This document shows, in pieces, positions 30,277 to 32,000 of a stretch of 32,000 nucleotides of DNA. Each line of letters starts with the position of its first letter. Position 1 is the stretch's first letter. The notes under the pieces are model-generated. The model searched no databases, was not told the DNA's origin, and saw only the letters and a program-made list of their open reading frames with translations. Source of the stretch: Saccharolobus solfataricus (GTDB lineage: Archaea; Thermoproteota; Thermoprotei_A; Sulfolobales; Sulfolobaceae). Location: NCBI RefSeq assembly GCF_900079115.1, contig NZ_LT549890.1, positions 1,380,001-1,412,000 on the forward strand, in the 5' to 3' direction. Both the position numbers and the translations under genes were made by a program.

Positions 30277-32000
30277 TTGAAAAGATATAATTACCTCATA
30301 ATAGCTGTATTAGGGATTTTATTAGTTATTCTTTCCACCTTTACAACATCCCTATCAATTTTAAATCCATTTCTCGGAATTTGGTACTCTTCTGGTAACG
30401 TTAAAATTTTAAACGAAATCGTTTCAATCCCTGGCTTAATCGGCAACGTAAATATATGCATAGATAGCAATGGAATAGCTCACATTTACGCAACCAATCC
30501 CGGCGACCTCTTTGTAGCTGAAGGCTATTACGAGGCTAGCCAGAGGTTGTTCGAAATGGAGCTACTTGGTCTTCTGTCCATGGGAAATTTAAGCTCTTGG
30601 GTTGGTTCTAAAGCCTTATCTTCAGACATCGCTATGCATTTAATAGGAATACCTCAGAACGCAATAATGAGCTCACAATACTTAGAACAGAATTATCCAA
30701 CAATTTACTTTTATCTGGAAGCCTTTTCTCAAGGTGTTAACGATTACATAAATACTCTAAACTATAGGAATTTGCCTTTAGAGTTCAAGTTATTAAACGT
30801 TAAGCCTTATTATTGGTCTCCCGTATACTCGTTAGCCATCGGTGAATACATGGCGTGGAGCTTAACTTCCGGCTTTAGCGAAGAACTTGAATCCGGGCTT
30901 CTTTACGCTTACTTTAACTACACTGAAATTAATGAAATTAACCCATATTATCCTCATTTCATAGATGGGAACCTCACTGTGGTCCCAGGTGATGGTACAG
31001 TTAACGGTTATAATTTAACCGATCAAGGGATTTCACCTCAGTATCTGTGGTCGCTAAACTGGTATCAGCCATGGGCTACTGGTATTAGTAAAGATCAGTT
31101 AAAAGAGTTAGTACCCCTAATGAAGTATGCCCTACTCAACATTTCGGATCCCTTTATCCCATTTCCGAAATTCGCAAGCAACTCATGGGTCATAACTTCC
31201 AACTTTTCCACTCAAGGTCCAATACTGGCTAATGACCCACATTTACCTTTATTCTCACCCTCATTGTGGATCCCATTACAGCTTATAGCAGCAATGTTTA
31301 ATGTGACTGGTTGGTCATTAGTTGGTATACCCGGAGTACTAATTGGGCACACACCTTACACTGCATGGGGATTGACTACACCCGAAGGAAGCTCCTCAAA
31401 CGCCTATCTGGAAATACTGAGAGAGAACGGACTTGAATACTACTATAACGGCAAATGGTATTTAACAGGTGTGTATTATTATACATTAATGGGGAAAACA
31501 TACACTGTCTACTATACGAATAATGGACCGCTAGTAGCTAGGTATAAGAATTACGGAATAAGCTTGTATTGGTCTGCATGGAAGGAGCCTATTCTTACAG
31601 TAGTTTCCATAATTCTTTTAGACAGTTCAACGTCCTTTAGCGATCTAATAAACGCAGCAAGGTATTGGGTAATTCCTCCACAGAACTTGGCAATCGTAAG
31701 TAGGCACCACGCAGGGATAATCGTAGCTGGGCTATATCCGCTCATAAATGAGACCTTACCTAACGGAAAAAGCGTGTTGGTAGTAGGTGCAAGAATGCCA
31801 TTAAACGGTACTACTGCGAAATACGAACCAATTGGTTACATACCCTTCAAATACCTACCGCAGACGTTTGATCCCTTAAGGGGTTTCGCTTTCGCACCTA
31901 ATCAGCCTACTGTTTGGATAAATTATCCATTCCCGTTCATTGGCGGATTCTGGAGCTCTGGTGGTAGGGCTGAGGACATTTATCATTATTTAGAGTATCA
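30277..32000 (+). CDS. Penicillin acylase / peptidase S45 family Ntn-hydrolase; N-terminal about 574 codons, continuing past the right edge
   Basis: Absent from the ORF track because it has no stop within the window. The frame opens right after TAA-TAG-TGA with a TTG at 30277. A signal-anchor segment follows (YLIIAVLGILLVILSTF). GIAHIYATNPGDLFVAEGYYEASQRLFEMEL is the typical alpha-subunit start. FASNSWVI...ANDPHL is present, with the nucleophile Ser codon at 31177. The start codon is uncertain. Confidence 0.8.
   Translation, partial: MKRYNYLIIAVLGILLVILSTFTTSLSILNPFLGIWYSSGNVKILNEIVSIPGLIGNVNICIDSNGIAHIYATNPGDLFVAEGYYEASQRLFEMELLGLLSMGNLSSWVGSKALSSDIAMHLIGIPQNAIMSSQYLEQNYPTIYFYLEAFSQGVNDYINTLNYRNLPLEFKLLNVKPYYWSPVYSLAIGEYMAWSLTSGFSEELESGLLYAYFNYTEINEINPYYPHFIDGNLTVVPGDGTVNGYNLTDQGISPQYLWSLNWYQPWATGISKDQLKELVPLMKYALLNISDPFIPFPKFASNSWVITSNFSTQGPILANDPHLPLFSPSLWIPLQLIAAMFNVTGWSLVGIPGVLIGHTPYTAWGLTTPEGSSSNAYLEILRENGLEYYYNGKWYLTGVYYYTLMGKTYTVYYTNNGPLVARYKNYGISLYWSAWKEPILTVVSIILLDSSTSFSDLINAARYWVIPPQNLAIVSRHHAGIIVAGLYPLINETLPNGKSVLVVGARMPLNGTTAKYEPIGYIPFKYLPQTFDPLRGFAFAPNQPTVWINYPFPFIGGFWSSGGRAEDIYHYLEY

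Overview
AT-rich crenarchaeal DNA. From memory, the 24-nt repeat GATAATCTCTTATAGAATTGAAAG and the gene order match the Sulfolobus/Saccharolobus solfataricus-islandicus group. The window is dominated by a type I-A CRISPR-Cas supermodule.

Layout, left to right:
- Interference operon on the minus strand: csa3(b), csa5, cas7/csa2, cas5, cas3' (cas3' runs off the left edge).
- CRISPR array 1: 34 repeats, 4436-6560, transcribed on the minus strand.
- Leader 1.
- csa3(a).
- An IS4-type insertion sequence nested in a MITE-like element, plus a further MITE.
- Adaptation operon on the minus strand: csa1-cas1-cas2-cas4.
- Leader 2, a 231-bp inverted copy of leader 1 with one SNP.
- CRISPR array 2: 158 repeats, 13046-23850.
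- Decayed gene fragments, then gdhA.
- A PolB2/Dpo2-type polymerase cassette.
- The 5' part of a penicillin-acylase (S45) family gene.

Most unusual observations:
1. A 901-bp gene-bearing insert sits in a single spacer slot of array 2 (14018-14918). It carries its own promoter-like and terminator-like signals.
2. An orphan two-repeat/one-spacer CRISPR-like unit lies upstream of gdhA (25272-25358). The leader-distal half of its repeat resembles the resident repeat.
3. Acquisition history is readable in the spacers: the same protospacer taken twice with different 3' ends, neighbouring overlapping protospacers that expose a CCA PAM, and a spacer pair against diverged versions of one coding site.
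4. The PolB2 cassette is co-transcribed with a Walker-A-less RecA/KaiC-like ORF and is bracketed by diverged direct repeats.

All calls come from reading the sequence and recalling protein families. No database search was possible.
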